Source of the DNA: the human T2T-CHM13v2.0 reference genome, Homo sapiens
NCBI RefSeq assembly: GCF_009914755.1
Contig: NC_060935.1
Reading direction: 5' to 3' (one strand)
DNA length: 64,000 nt
Shown here in pieces: positions 14,788 through 30,326 of the stretch (positions within the stretch are counted from its first letter, which is position 1; every line of letters starts with the position of its first letter). Below the pieces are notes generated by a model. It did no database searches, had not been told where the DNA came from, and saw only the letters and a program-made list of their open reading frames with translations. Both the position numbers and the translations under genes were made by a program.

Positions 14788-16089
14788 TCAAATTACCCGT
14801 CAGTATGTATTAAGAGCCCTCTATCCTCTAAGTATCCTAAGAGGGGGTAAGGTGGTGGTAATGGTGGAAAAAGTATTACTGAAGTATTCTCTTAATGGAA
14901 CAGCTGTTTTTTTAATAAAAATTTTTCTCTGATGTGAATTTCCTAAATAATGTTCATTAATGTTCGTTATAAGAGTATATGTTTCTTCCCAGAAAAAAAA
15001 TGGCTTTCTGGAGGAAAATTTAAGTATTTTCCAGCTTTTCTATGAAACTAAAGTCATCAATTCTTGCATAGGAATGGAAGCTCAATTATCCTATCATTTT
15101 AGCTCACTTTACCCCTAAGTTTGTCACACTGTGTCTTAAATGACACCATCAAAATATAAATCCTTTGAGTTAAATAAAGGTGATATAAAAAATATTAACA
15201 ACTAGTTTGGCTTGGGAACTGACCAATCCAAATGAATATAGCTATAGGCTGGAGAGTGTCTTAGAGGTCCAAGATGGGCCAAAGATGAACCCCTCAGTCA
15301 CTGGTTTAGAAGAGTCTGGGAATCCACAGGTTGAGGTAGCCACAATGGTGAGGAGCCCGTGGCAGGTTTGATTATTAATCAACTGAGAGAAGTAGTTTAA
15401 TATTTTAATAAGTGGGATGAGTGTACTCATGTATGTGTGGTAAAAATAACATTTCTACATCTAGGTACATATTTACACTTCAGTGTAAATAGGTTTATTA
15501 GTGATTAGCAAGGCGTTCTTTCTTTTTTTATGATTAGCAAGGTTTTAATGCTGAACTTGCAGAGACATAAAAGCTCTTGCCTTGAGTCGTTTTAGATAAG
15601 AATTTCCTAGGCTATTTGGATTCAAAGAAATTGGAGAGAAATTAGTAAATATAAGTGTGCAAGTTCTATTTTTTATGCTAACAATTGTTTGAAAGGTGGC
15701 AAAGATCAAGAGGGAGGGGTTATAATAAACTGACACTCAGATGGCAGGTTGGAAACCTCTAGATGGTGATGGGCTAGTGGTGATATGGGAAGAGGTGATG
15801 GGAGTGGTATGAAGAGAGGTGTTGTGGTGAGGTAAAGAACTGGGTATAGAATTGGGAAAGAGTTAACGTTTAAAGGTTGTTGTATAAAATGGGCAGGGAA
15901 TTCACTGACTGACAAATAGACTGATGATGAGAGTTACAGTTACTAAAATAGGCTTATGATATTCCAGTGATTGAATTATTCACTCACCTAGGTAACTGGT
16001 GTCTTGGCCAACCTTAGATAAGCCAGATGAACAGAGTGCTGATAGGACTGAAACAGTGAACAAATCCAGTAGAAAGAAGAAACCCTTTA

Positions 16090-16242
<153 letters not shown>

Positions 16243-16698
16243 TCAGGAAACATACAGAAACTAGATTATCCAGTGCCTCAGTTATTTCTTAGAGATAAGT
16301 CAATTATTATGCCTACAGTTTCAGGCCATTTAGTAAATTTCCATTTCTTTGCCTATTAGGCTATGGGATACAGTTACCCAGAAGGTATGCAAGAGAATTT
16401 GTTGAGTTGCAGAAATAATGTATTAGAGCACACACACATACACACATGTGCATTTCTCATTTTCTTCTAGTTTTTATTCTGTATATATTTTTTTCCCATT
16501 GATAAGAATTAAATGTTCAAAAAGTTTGTGGATTACTAGAGAATGGGCACTGTCTCTAAATGAATTCACAGATCCTTTCCCCAAAGGCTCTTACTAAAGA
16601 CACCCAAAATTAATACACTCACAAGACTTTTCTTTGGATCAGTATATAGGCCAAATCACAATATTTGCACAGGTAGTCTCAAGAAGTAATTATTTTTA

Positions 16699-17511
<813 letters not shown>

Positions 17512-17621
17512 CTATGAAATTAACATGTTCCTAGTCATTTTTACTTATTGTGATTTTGAATATTGATTTACATACTATTATCAATATTATTTAAATTCTC
17601 CAATAAAAAGGCATAGAATGG

Positions 17622-19720
17622 AGATTGACTGACAGGAGAGACAGAGGGACAGGAAGTGAGCAAGATGGCGCAAAGGCAGGGCACCAGGAGGAAAGTCTGT
17701 TACTACTACGATAGGGGTGTTGGAAATTACTATTATGGACAAGCCCACCCAAGGAATCCTCACTGAATCTGCGTGACTCATAATTTGCTGCTCAACTATG
17801 GTTTCTACTGAAAAATGGAAACCCATCACCCTCACAGAGCCAATGCTGAGGAGATGACCAAGTACCACAGTGATGACTACATTAAATTCTTGTGCTCCAT
17901 CTATCCAGATTACGTGTCTGAGCACAGCAAGCGGATGCAGAGATTCAACGTTAGTGAGGACTGTCCAGCATTTGATGGCCTGTTTGACTTCTGTCAGTTG
18001 TCTACTGGTGGCTCTGTGGCAAGTGCTGTGAAACTTAATGAGCAGCAGATGGACACTGCTGTGAATTGGGCTGGAGGCCTGCACCATGCAAAGAAGTTCA
18101 AGGCATCTGGCTTCTGTTATGTTAATGATACAATCTGGGCCACCTTGGAACTGCTAAAGTATCACCAGAGGGTGTTGTATGTTGACGTTGATATTCACCA
18201 TGATGATGGCATGGAAGAGGCCTTCTATATTACAGGCTAGGCCAGGACTGTGTCCTTTCATAAATATGGAGAGTACTTCCCAGGAGATGGGGACTTATGG
18301 GTTATTGGGGCTGGCAAAGGCAGATATTATGCTATTAACTATCTGCTCCTAGATGGGATTGATGATGAGTCCTATGAGGCCATTTTCAAACTGGTCATGT
18401 CCAAAGTAATAGAGATGTTCCTGTCTAGTGTGGTGATCTTACAGCATGGCTCAGATGCCTTGTCTAGGGGTCACTTAGATTGCTTTAATCTGATCATCAA
18501 AGGGCATGCCAAGTGTGTGGAATCTGTCAAGAGTGTCAACCTGCCTATGTTATTGATGGCAGAAGGTGGTTACACCATTTATAATGTTGCTCAGTGCCCT
18601 GGAAATAAGAAAGAGCTGTGGCTCTGGATATGGAGATCCCTAATGAGCCTTCATACAATGATTACTTTGAATACTTTGGACCATATTTCAAGCCCTACAT
18701 CAGTCCTTCCAATATGACTAACCAGAACACTAATGAGTACCTGGAGAAGATTAAACAGTGGCTGTTTGAGAACCTAGTAATGCAGGCCCATCCACCTGCA
18801 GTCCAAATGCAGGTGATTCTGAGGATGCTGTCCCTCAAGAGGGTGGCGATGAGAATGAAGAAGACCCTGACAAGCTCATCTCCATCCGTTTCTCTGACAG
18901 ATGAATTACCTGTGAGGAAGAGTTCTTCGACTCTGATGAGGAGGGAGAGCGTGGCTGCAAGATCTCTCCCATCTTCAAAAAAGCCAAGAGGATTAAAACA
19001 GGATGAAAAAGAGAGACTCAGAGATGAAGAAATGTCACAGAAGAGGAGAAAAATGAAGGAGGAGAAGCCAGGAGCCAAAGAGGTCAAGGAGCAGGTCAAG
19101 CTGGCCTGAGGGAACCTCCCCTGCTCTGGCTTCCTGCCTAGTCCCCAATCTTTCTCTCCCAAACCCTCAGATTTTATGTCTTCTATTTCTCCAGGTATTC
19201 ATATAAAATTTATTAAATATAAATAGTTCCAGGGACTAGACAGAAATTAAGACCCTGAGCCCAGGGCAGCTGTGCTGGGTGATCTCGTCTAGGAAATGCC
19301 TTGCCACCTATCCCTCTGCAGGTCTTAACTCTGAAGCATAAAAGGCGCCAGGTCTGGGTGAAGGGAATACTTTTGTGCAAACAGAAGACAAAATCCTGAA
19401 ATGCCAAGTGCCTGCTTAGTAGCTTTGGAAAGGTGCCTTTATTGCACCTTCTAAAAGGGGTGTCTGGGTCTTCAAGGTTGCCCTGTTCTTTTCAGCTCCT
19501 AAGTAACATCAGCCATTTTTAGATTGGTTCCATTCTCATACCTTCTCACTGGCCTCAAGTGAGCCAAAAAACTCACACTGCCTGCCATCTGTCTTCCCCC
19601 AGTTCTGCAGGTGGAGGATGGTAGTCTAGTCTCCTGCCATCCTCCACCTGCAGAATTGGGGGAGTTTTGAGATACTATTTTTATTTTTGTGAGACTCTGT
19701 AATAAAATGGTATATTTCAT
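17622..19720 (+). pseudogene. HDAC1 processed pseudogene, antisense in NXPE4 intron 2
   Basis: intronless HDAC1-like sequence from ATG 17665 to TGA 19107-19109 ([33 protein letters not shown], ...KEQVKLA*), with 5' and 3' UTR, AATAAA at ~19701, several stops (e.g. TAG 18238) and frameshifts; degenerate TSD. Confidence 0.95.
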
Positions 19721-19733
19721 TACTCCCTACCCC

Positions 19734-20074
19734 AAAGACAGAATGGTTGAGTAGATTTTAAAAAAACAAGACCCAACTCTATCCTTCTGCAAGAGATTCA
19801 CTTCAGCTTTAAGGACACACATAGACTGAAAGTGAAGTAATGGAAAAAGATATTCCATGCAAATGGAAACCAAAAGAGAGCAGGAGTCACTATGCTTATA
19901 TCAGATAAATTGGATTTAAGTCAAAAACTGTAAAAAGAGAAAAAGAAGGTCATTATGTAATAATAAAGAGATCAATTCATCAAGAGAAAATGACAAATAT
20001 ATGTACGTGTGTGTGTGTGTGTATATATATGTATATACATTCAACATTTAGAACACCTAAATATATAAAGGAAA
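19734..20074 (+). mobile_element. Old L1 ORF2 endonuclease fragment (continues from ~17570-17621)
   Basis: aagacccaact...tggaaaaagatattccatgcaaatggaaaccaaaagagagcaggagt matches the L1 EN region seen in the other L1s of this window. Confidence 0.9.
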
Positions 20075-20749
20075 TGAAACAGGAACTAGAAAGAAATTAT
20101 TTAGGTAGACAGTGAGGGTAAAGGAGTCCTTGGCAAGGCTTCCCTTTTTAACAAAAAGGAGCCCCCAAATCATTTCTTTTCTAACAAAGAGCAGCCTGAA
20201 AAATCAAGCTGCAAACATAGATAAGCCAGCTGAAAACTTGCATGGGTGAATGCTGGCGGCTGTGTCAATAGAAAAGGGCTACCTGAGGGCCAGGCATGTT
20301 CAACATGGAGGCTCCATCTTCCCTTTTCTTTGTCACCATGTGTACAGTAAAAAAGCAGGCAACATGGAGCTGGCCAGGTAGAGAACCCATCTGCATAATG
20401 AAAGATTAGAGTGGGACAGCCAGCTTCTTCATATGCTATGCAAATGGCACACCGAGTCCTAACCAGTTCTTTGTGTGCTATGCAAATGTTACACCTGGGG
20501 TGACCAATCTTTTTTGCCCTGTGTAAATCAGACACTACCTCCTCAAGCTCATCTATAAAATCTCCTGCACTTCACTGTGGACCAAAAGACCCACTTAAAT
20601 CCCCTGTCTCTACAGAAGAGAGCTTTTCTCTTTCTTTTGCCTGTTAAACCTCTGCTCTTAAACTCACTCCTTGTATGTCCATGTCCTTGATTTCCTTGGA
20701 GAGAGACAATGAACCTCGGGTATTATCCCAGATGAAAAATGCCATTTCA
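20075..20749 (+). mobile_element. ERV1 5' LTR (MER50-like)
   Basis: TG...CA termini, 675 bp, TATAAAA ~20555; followed by tgggagcccacctgggat resembling a tRNA-Pro primer-binding site. Confidence 0.75.
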
Positions 20750-23700
20750 TTATGGGAGCCCACCTGGGATCCGAGGAAGATTCATAGAAGGGGGAGTATA
20801 GAAGTGGACCCCAACTCCTTCTTTTTATTTCAAGGCCTTCTGCTCTCCATTTAAAAATCAAACCAAATACTGGGCCCCCAATCAGCCATTTAAAAAGTTA
20901 GCGTGGCTACCAGCCTTACAAGACTCAGGGGACAGGCTTGCCAGGGAGAACTTAGCTAATCCCCCCATGTCCTCAGGGTGCTGGGAATGTTGGCTTTGTT
21001 TCTAATTGGTTTCCTTTTACAGAGAGCCTCGCTGTCATGTGGGGCTGGAAGAGGTTGAGAGGCACTGAAGGTTCCTTGCCAGGGAGACACCCTGGTGTTA
21101 CCTGAAGGTTTCTGGACTAATTCCAGCCTCCAACAGCCTGATGGGTGATGGCAACAGGATCTGCAAGCTTTTTCTATTGCAAATTTTCTCCTTTCCTATC
21201 CGCAACTTCCATGTCTCCTATCCACTCTCTGTATGCAATGCTTTAAAAATTTTTACAGTTCGGTGAAGTAATCCTCTTAGGCAAGATAAGGAAATGCCAT
21301 AATGCCTGGGAATATAGCTCATGGGATTGCCGTTTTTGTGATTTTCTAGGCACAGAGGTCCTCCTTCCCTCCCCACACCCCCTGTGAACATCTCTCTCTT
21401 TACCCTTGGTCTGGAGAGCACATGGTATTTCAAGGTCAACAGCATCACCTAGTGGAACGGGAACCCTATTCCATGAGGCATATTGTTGGCCCTTTGCGGA
21501 AACACTCTTAACTTCCTAATTCTCGCTTTTTTTGCCCCTCTACAAGAGACCAGGCTTTATGCTCCTTCTTTGAACAAGAAAACTCTGTCTTCAACAATGA
21601 GGGGAAAAAGGTCCTCCAAAACCAAATTTTAGTCTGAACATGGTCCCATCAGCAGGAAAACAACCATTTGGTTCCTACGTTCTTTTAAGGCACCTATTCT
21701 GCCTCCAATTAAAATGGTACTTAAATAGTAAGAGGAATTTAATTCCGGAAGTTAACCAGAGCCACTGCCTAAGAATAAATACTTTAGTACAGGACATAAT
21801 AGCAAATTGTACAGCTCAAACCTGCATTCTCTATTAAAGGGCATTACCCAAATGTAACTGTAACGAAGTCTCTCTCAAGATCCATCTATTGGAGAGTCAT
21901 GCAGATCACACAAGTCTAGAAAGTCAAAGGGAAATCACCAGCAAAGGACTAGAGTCACATGGGTGAGCATGACTAATCCCAATCCATTGGTTCCTCTGGT
22001 TTCATTGCTATGGGTTATGCTTGCATCAATGGATGGCACCTTAAAAGATGCCAGGGCTCAGGGCGCCAAGGAGGGAAAACAGTTGGGGGGATGCCCCCAC
22101 TGTCTTCCCCTCCACCCTAGGCCTTTCCAAAGGAAACGAAGGTGACTAAAGGGACACCTTTTTTCTTGCTTCTCTTTCTAGATGAATAACAGACCATCTT
22201 TGGTCTGCACTCCTCTGGAGTGCTTTCTGAAGCACTGGGATTCCTTTGACCCTGAGACTGAAGAAAAAGTGGCTCATTTTCTTTTGCATAAGGGTGTGGC
22301 CTTCTTACCATCTTGAACCAACCTGGCCTGCAGAGGGGAGCCTTAATTTTAATACTATCCAACAATTAGATATTTTCTGTAGATGGGACAGCAAATGGTC
22401 AGAGGTCTCTTAGGTACAGGCTTTCTTTGCCCTGTGAGACAACCCAGAACTTTGCAAGCATTGCACAATCAGCTCAGCTCTTTCAGCAGACATATCAGGA
22501 GGGCCCAAAGGGAATGATTCCCCAAAACTAGAGAAGCAACCTCCAGGGAACTATCTGAGGCAGCTATTGAGTGTCCAGGCCCTTCTTGTCCTCCCTCTCT
22601 GGGGCCCCCTCCAGCTGTGCCATCAGGTCCTTTAGCTCCACCATCTCCAAAACTCCCCACTCCCCTAGCTTCACTCTTATCCTTACAGGAAATGCTCAAT
22701 GGAGGTGATGTCACTAGGGTTCCCTTCTTATTGCAGGATCTTAGACAAATAAAGGGAGACTTAGGCCAATTTTCTGATGACCCTGATAAGTATATAAAAG
22801 CTTTCCAAAATTTAACTCAGGTGTCTAACCTCTCATGGAGGGATGTTATGCTGCTCCTAAGCCAAACCCTAACTGCAGCTGAAAAACAGGCAGCTCTGCA
22901 GGCAGGGGAGAAATTCAAAGATGAGCAATATGTCTCCTATAGTAGGCCAAAAGGGAAAAAAGAATATAGAGAAAATGAAGAAATAGGGGAGCCATCATTC
23001 CCAATACGAAGAGAGGCACTACCTCTTGACAACCTTGTTTGGAACCCCAGTGACATCACAGATGAATAGAAAAGGAAACACTTTTTAATGTGCATATTGG
23101 GGGGCCTATGAAGAACTAAGGCCAAACCTCTTAACTACTCTAAACTGTCCATGGTAGACCAAAATCCAGGTAAGAATCCCACAGCCTTTATGGAAAGGCT
23201 GAAAGAAGCACTAATAAAACACACCTTCTTGTCCCCTGATTCAGTAGAGGGACAGCTCATCCTAAATGACAAGTTTATTACACAGGCAGCTCCCAATATT
23301 AGAAGGAAACTACAGAAGTAGGCTATAGGGCCAGATAGCATTTTGGAGAACCTCCTGAGGGTGGCCACCTTAGTCTTTTATAGTAGGGACCAGGAGGAGA
23401 CCCAGGAAAAAGAGAGGAAACACAAGAGAAGGACTGAGGCTCTGGTAGCTGCTTTGCAGGCTTGCAAAGTCTGGGATCCCTGAGGTGCATCTGCGAGTTG
23501 CTATTGATGTGGGAAGTCAGAGGACTTTAAAAAGGATATCCAGGAAGCAAGAAGAAGCCACCTCGACCCTCTCTAGCCTGTGGTGGGGACCACTGGTGAT
23601 CAGACTGCCCCCAGAGATGAAGGTCAACAGGTTCAGAACCAGTCTCAAAGATGGTCCAGCAGGACTGATGGGTCCTGGTGCTCAAGCCCTGGCTCCAGTG

Positions 23701-26334
23701 GCTCAAATTCCCATTACAGCACAGGAGGCCCAGGTGATTCTGGAAACTGAAGGAAGGAAGGTGGACCTCCTTCTGGACACCAGAGCCAGCCTCTTTTCTC
23801 CTCTATAATCGAGGCCTCCCCTTTTCCCATAGCATGAGGGGTGTGGGGTGTCTCATAAACACTCTGATATGTTTTTCTCAACCCCTTAGGTGCAGTTGGG
23901 GGGACATATTATTTACATGTGCCTTTTAAATCATGCCTGAAAGTCCCACTTCTTTATTAGGTAGAGACGTTCTAGCTTGCATGTGGGCCAGCATACTTAT
24001 AGCCCCAGGAAAAACTCTTTTTCTCCTCTAGTGGAAGCTAATATCAATCCAGAAGTCTGGGCAACTCAAGGAAGAATAGGTTGAGTTGTAACCACTATGC
24101 CAGTCTGGATCTATCCTAATGATCCCACTTTTTTCCTAATCGGAGACAATATCCCCTAAAGCCAGAGGGTAAGAAAGGGCTAGAAGCCATTATTAATAAC
24201 CTGAAGATGCAGGGCCTCCTTAAACCCTGTAACAGTCCCTACAACACCCCAATATTAGGAGCACAAAAACCCAATGCAGAATGGAGATTCATTAATGAGG
24301 CCATAGTCTCAATCCATCTGGTAGTACCTAATCCCTATACCTTGCTAATCCAAATGCCTGAGGGAACTAAATGGTTTACAGTCTTAGATTTAAAGGATGC
24401 CTTTTTCTGCATACTGTTACATCCTGACTCTCAATACCTGTTTGCCTTTGAAGAATGCTTCTGGCCAAACTGCCCAGTTAAAATGGATGGTGCTGCCTCA
24501 GGGATTTTGAGATAATCCCTCATTTGTTTGGACAGGCATTGTCAAAGGACCTCTCTGAGTTTTCCCATCCTCAGGTCAGGGTCTTGCAATATGTGGATGA
24601 TATACTGCTCTGTGCCCCAACTGAGGAAACCTCTTGGGAAGGCACTGAAACTCTTTTTAATTTCTTAGCTGACAGAGCATATAAGATTTCAAAATCTAAG
24701 GCCCAGCTTTGCAAAACCTTGGTAAAGTACCTTGGTTTAGTGCTTCTGAAAGGACCAGAGCATTAGGGGAAGAAAGAATTAAGCCCATTTCCTCCTTCCC
24801 CCTCCCTAAAATCCTCAAGCAACTGACAAGATTTTGGGGCATTACAGGATTTTGCAGGCTATGGATACCTGGGTATGGTGAGATAGATCATCCTCTATAT
24901 CACTTCATAAAAGAAACTCAAGTGGATAAAATTCATCTCCTAACCTGGAAACCTAAAGCTCAAAAGGCCTTTAGCCAGTGAAAGCAAGCCTTACTTAAGG
25001 TACCAGCCCTCAGCCCCTCTGTAGGGAGGGCCTTCAATCTTTATGTATCAGAAAGGAAAGGAATGGGCATGGGAATTTTAATTCAGGCCTGAGGACCAGC
25101 TCAACAACTAGTGGGCTACCTGAGTAAGAAACTTGATTTGCAGGTAAAGGATGGCCAGCATGCCTCTGAGCAATTGCCATATTGGCCCTACTGGTACTGG
25201 AGGTCATCAAATTAACCCTGGGAAATGGTTTAACTGTTTATGCCCCACACAATGTAGCAGGATTGCTGTCTTTTATGGGGAACCTTTGGCTAACAGTCCG
25301 TTGGCTCCTTAAATATCAGGCTCTGCTGTTAGAAGGGTCAGCAGTTCTGTTAAAAACTTGTTCTTGCCTAAACCCAGCCACTTTCCTCCCCAAGAAAACT
25401 GGGGAACCTGAACATGACTGTGAGCAAGTTGTGGTACAGATCTATGAAGCCAGGGAGGATCTCAGGGAAACTCCCCTGGAAAATCCAGACTGGACCATCT
25501 TCACAGATGGCAGTTCTTTTGTAGAGCAAGAAGTCCATAAGGCAGAATATCCAGTAGTCACTCTGAATGATGTTATTGAAAGTGCACCTCTCTATCCAGG
25601 CACAAGTGCTCAACTAGCTGAACTGACAGCTCTTACAAGAGCACTTGAATTAAGCAAGGGAAAGGTAGCTAACATTTACATTGACTCCAAGTATGCTTTC
25701 TTAATTCTCCATGCTCATGCTACCATTTGGAAGGAAAGACACTTTCTTACTACTAATGAATCTACTATAAATTACCACCAGGAAATTAACAGGTTATTAT
25801 CCTCAGTTTTCCTTCCATGAGAGGTAGCAGTAATGCATTGTAAGGGACATCAGAAGGGAACAAATGAAATAGCTGAAGGAAACAAGTTAGCAGATCAGGC
25901 AGCCAAGTCAGCAGCAAGAAAGCCTCATGACATCAACTTGAAGCCCCTCTAACCTGGGAAGGCTTCATAAAAGAAATTAAGCCTCAGTACTCCCCTGCAA
26001 AAATAGAATGGGCCATTTCTCGAGGGTATACTTTCCAGCCCTCAGGATGACTACAGTCAGAATATGGCAAGCTGTACTTTCCAGCCTCCAGCCAATGGAA
26101 AGTCCTTAAAATCCTTCACCAAATATACCTCAAAACAATAAATTCCATGCCCCCTCATGGAATTCCAGGCCCCTGTATGATGTTTGCTAAAAGTAGTGGC
26201 CTACAAATCTGTAGGTGAACAGGAGATGTCTGGACTGACAGCCCTTGATGCAAGGATTATCTGAGATATTGACCAGGGTATATTATGTCCCTAATTTTTT
26301 GAAAGTCCATTTGTCAGGTGGCCCCTTCTCATTC
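20750..26334 (+). mobile_element. Defective gammaretrovirus-like ERV internal region (gag-pro-pol), 3' deleted
   Basis: gag p30-like (DLRQIKGDLGQFSDDPDKY), protease LLDT, RT (WFTVLDLKDAFF, YVDD at 24590-24601), RNase H (FTDGSSF, SAQLAEL); many stops; no integrase core or 3' LTR seen. Confidence 0.92.
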
Positions 26335-28765
26335 AACAAAAATCATATAATCATCTCAATAGAAAAGACACTTGATAACATTCAACTTTGCTTCAGATAA
26401 AAATATCTCAACAAATTAGGCATGGAAGAAATGTACCTCAAAACAATAAAAAACATGTATAACAAATCCACAGCTAACATCACATTCAATGTGAAAAAGT
26501 CAAAAGCCTTCTGAGATCTGGAACAAGATATTTTTGAACACTTTTTCCAGTTTTATTCAACATAGTATTGGAAGTCCTAGCCAGAGCAATTAAGTCAGAG
26601 AAATAAATAAAGGGCATACAAGTTGGAAAGAAGGAAATTAAATTGTCCCTGTTTGCAGACCACATAAACTTATATTTAGAACACTCCATAGACTTCAGTG
26701 AAAAACTGTCAGAACTGATTTTAAAAACTCAGTAAAGTTGCAGGATACAAAATCAACATAAAAACATCAGTAACATTTCTATACACCAATACCAAACAAC
26801 CTGAAAAAATATCAAAAAAGCAATTTCATTTACAGTAGCTACAAAAACCCTAGGAATAAATTGATCTAAAGAGGTGAAAGATCTCTACAATGAAAACTAC
26901 AAAACATTGATGCAAGAAATTGGAGAACACACACACACACACTCACACACACACACACAAAATAGATATTCCATGTTAATGGGTTAGAAGAATAAATGTT
27001 AAAATGTTCAGACTACTAAAAGCAATCTACAGATTCAAGGCAAACCCTATCAAAATACCAATAATATTCTTCATCGAAATAGAAAAACAATTCTAAAATC
27101 TGTAAGGAAACAAAGAAGATCCAGAATAGCCAAAGCAATTCTGAGCAAAAAGAACAAAGCTGAAGGCAGTATATTACCTGACTTCAAAATATACTACAAA
27201 GTTATAGTAAACAGTGTTATACTGGCATAAATATAGTCACATACACCAATGGAACAGAATAGAGAACACAGAAATGAATCCACATATTTACAGCCATCTG
27301 GATTTTTGACAAAGTCATCAAAAACATACAATGGGGGAACAAAAGTATTTAAAATAGATGGTGCTGGAGAAACTGAATATCCATATGCAAAAGAATGAAA
27401 TTAGACCATTTTCTCTCACCATATACAAAACTCAGTTACAAAATGAATTAAAGACTGATATGCATGACCCAAAGTATGAAAATACTAGAAGAAAACCTAG
27501 GGAATACTGTTCAGGACACTGATGTAGCCAGAGGATTTTTGGATAAGACCTCAAATGCACAGAGAAGAAAAGCAAAGATAGACAAATGGGATTATATAAA
27601 ACTAAAAACTTCTTCACAGCAAAGGAAGCAATCAAGTGAGTGAAGAGTTAACCTACAGAATGGGAGAAAATGTTTGCAAACTATCCATCTGACAGGGGAT
27701 TACTATCCAGAGTATTCAAGGAACTCAACCAACTCTATAGCAAAAATATTTAACAATCCAATTAAAAATTGGGCAAAAGATCTGAATAGACACTTACTAG
27801 AAGATATGCAAATGGCAAACAAGTATATGAAAAGGTGCTCAACATCATTGATCATCAGAGAAACACAAATCAAAACTACAGTGTAATATAATCTCACTCC
27901 TGTTAAAATGGCTTTTATCCAAAAGACAGATAGTAACATATGCTAGTGAGGATGTGGAGAAAAGGGAACACTTGTACACTGTTGGTGGGAATGTAATTAG
28001 TACAACCACTATAGAGAACAGTTTGGAGGTTTCTCAAAAAACTAAAAATAGGCTACCATATGATCCAGCAATCCCACTGCTAGGTATATACCCAAAATAA
28101 AGGAAATCAGTATATCCAAGAGCTATCTGAACTCCCATGTTTATTGCAGCACTGATAACAATAGCCAAGATTTGTAAGCAACCTAAGTGTCCATCAACAG
28201 ACAAATACATAAAGAAAATATGGTATATATACACAACGGAGTAGTATTCAGTTATAAAAAGAACAAGATTCTGTCATTTGCAACAACATGGATGGAACTG
28301 AAGGTCATTATGTTAAGTGAAATAAGCTAGGCACAGAAGACAAACTTTGCATGTTCGTTTTTATTTGTGGAAGTTAATACTTAAAATAATTGAAGTCATG
28401 GAGTTAGAGAGTAGAATGATGGCTACCAGAGGCTGGGAAGGGTGGTGGGGGCATGGAGGAGAAGTGGGGTTAGTTAATGAGTACAAAAATATGATTAGAC
28501 AGAATGAATAAGATCTAGCATTTGATAGTATAACAGGGTAACTACAATCACCAATAATTTATTTTACATTTAAAAATAGCTAAAAGAGTATAATTGTCTT
28601 GTTTGTAGCACAAGAAAGGATAAATTCTTGAGGCAATGAATACCCCATTTACCCTGATATGATTACTATGTATTATATGCTTGTATCAAAATATCTCATC
28701 TACCCCATAAATACATACACCTACTTTGTACCCACAAAAATTAAAAATTAAAAACAAACAAATGA
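26335..28765 (+). mobile_element. L1MA-type LINE-1 3' portion (RT to poly-A)
   Basis: degenerate ORF2 3' half and 3'UTR ending gtacccacaaaaattaaaaattaaaaac. Confidence 0.92.
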
Positions 28766-29012
28766 AAACCAAAAATATAGATATTCTGTTCTTCAGATGT
28801 TCCCTTAAAGAAAGTAAAAAGATGAGCTAAGCATTGAAGAAGATAGGTGCAATGCATTTATTTGTGACAAAGAAAGAATGTGTATGTGTGAACACACACA
28901 CAGTATTTATCCTCTCACATATTGCTTAATGATTATCAGGTATGTTGTTTGGTATCTAGCTATTCAAACTCCCCTCCTATAATCTACAAGTCTTGTAGTT
29001 TAGCCTTTCCTA

Positions 29013-29270
<258 letters not shown>

Positions 29271-30149
29271 TCATGATTACTTTTTAGCCTCAGATAAATA
29301 ACTCCCAGAAATAAACCTTCACCCCCGCAAGCTGTACTTGGTATCTCCCAGGTGCTCTCTTTTAGCTATCTGCTTGTACATTCTACAGAACAGATAATTC
29401 ATGGAGCCCACTGTGATCTTTAAGAAATCGAGCAGCTTAAGGGCCTGAAGGATGCAAGCTTGCTCGTGTCTAGATGAAGTCTCCAGACTATTTGTCACCT
29501 ATCAGGTTCCCTGTTCTATTCCCTTAAACTCAAGGGCAGACACAAAATACTCCAGCAAATATTAACACTGAGAACCACATCATTACAGTGCCTGTTGAAT
29601 GCAAATTAGTTTTTCTGTTTCATTAATGCCAATCTATTAATATGTCCTCCTTTTCTGTTTTAGCAGGCTTTCTAGCACCCCCTCAAGCTTGAAAAGAATT
29701 ATTTTAAAACATTTCTTACTTAAAAAAATTTCAGGCTTTATCAGTATTTTTCCATGATTCATCTTAACATTTCTCTTTGCACCGGAATTCCAAGTTCTCT
29801 TTTAACTTGGAACTTTAAACTTTAACATCAGATTGCTTGAATGCTGCCTTTCTAAAACTTTCCATCCCTCAAAATTTACCCTCCCCTAGAAGCACCTTTC
29901 ACCCCAGATCCCTAGTTTATACATGGGCATTAGATGTTTCTGCACCCAAAAATAAATGTCACACCTTTCCCTCACCTTCCCAATTTTACAAATTTTTTCA
30001 TACCTTTAGTTTACAGATTGTTCAATCCCATACATAGACTCTCTGGCGAGCTAGGTGTTGAGAATTTCTTCTGAAGCCACCAGTGTGCTACTGGCATACC
30101 TCTTGTCTATACCAAAATAAATTGCAGATATAAGTTGCAGTTTGTTTAC

Positions 30150-30300
30150 CTTTAGCATGGATTCACAACCTTCTGCTTGTTTCAGCTAAGACAGAAGTGT
30201 CAGCCACGTCAGCTCCACCTTAAGGAGGGGCCTGGATCACAAACTGTAGTTATTAGCTCAAGCAGAGGTAGGAAGGAGAAATGAAGTGCTCTGCATAGTA
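30150..30300 (-). other. NXPE4: Probable non-coding exon 1 of NXPE4 (5' boundary approximate)
   Basis: donor-like AAG|gtaaac at 30150 on minus strand ~1 kb upstream of exon 2; non-repetitive sequence; TATAAAA just upstream. Confidence 0.55.
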
Positions 30301-30326
30301 GGTTATATGATTTCAAATTCCTGAAG

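Noticed and set aside
17815-19109. HDAC1-like ORFs as a functional retrogene
   Set aside because: Multiple stops and frameshifts, and substitutions next to catalytic motifs (HHDDG in place of HHGDG).
22617-25820. ERV gag/pol ORFs as a domesticated gene
   Set aside because: Fragmented into short frames with numerous stops; no long intact ORF.
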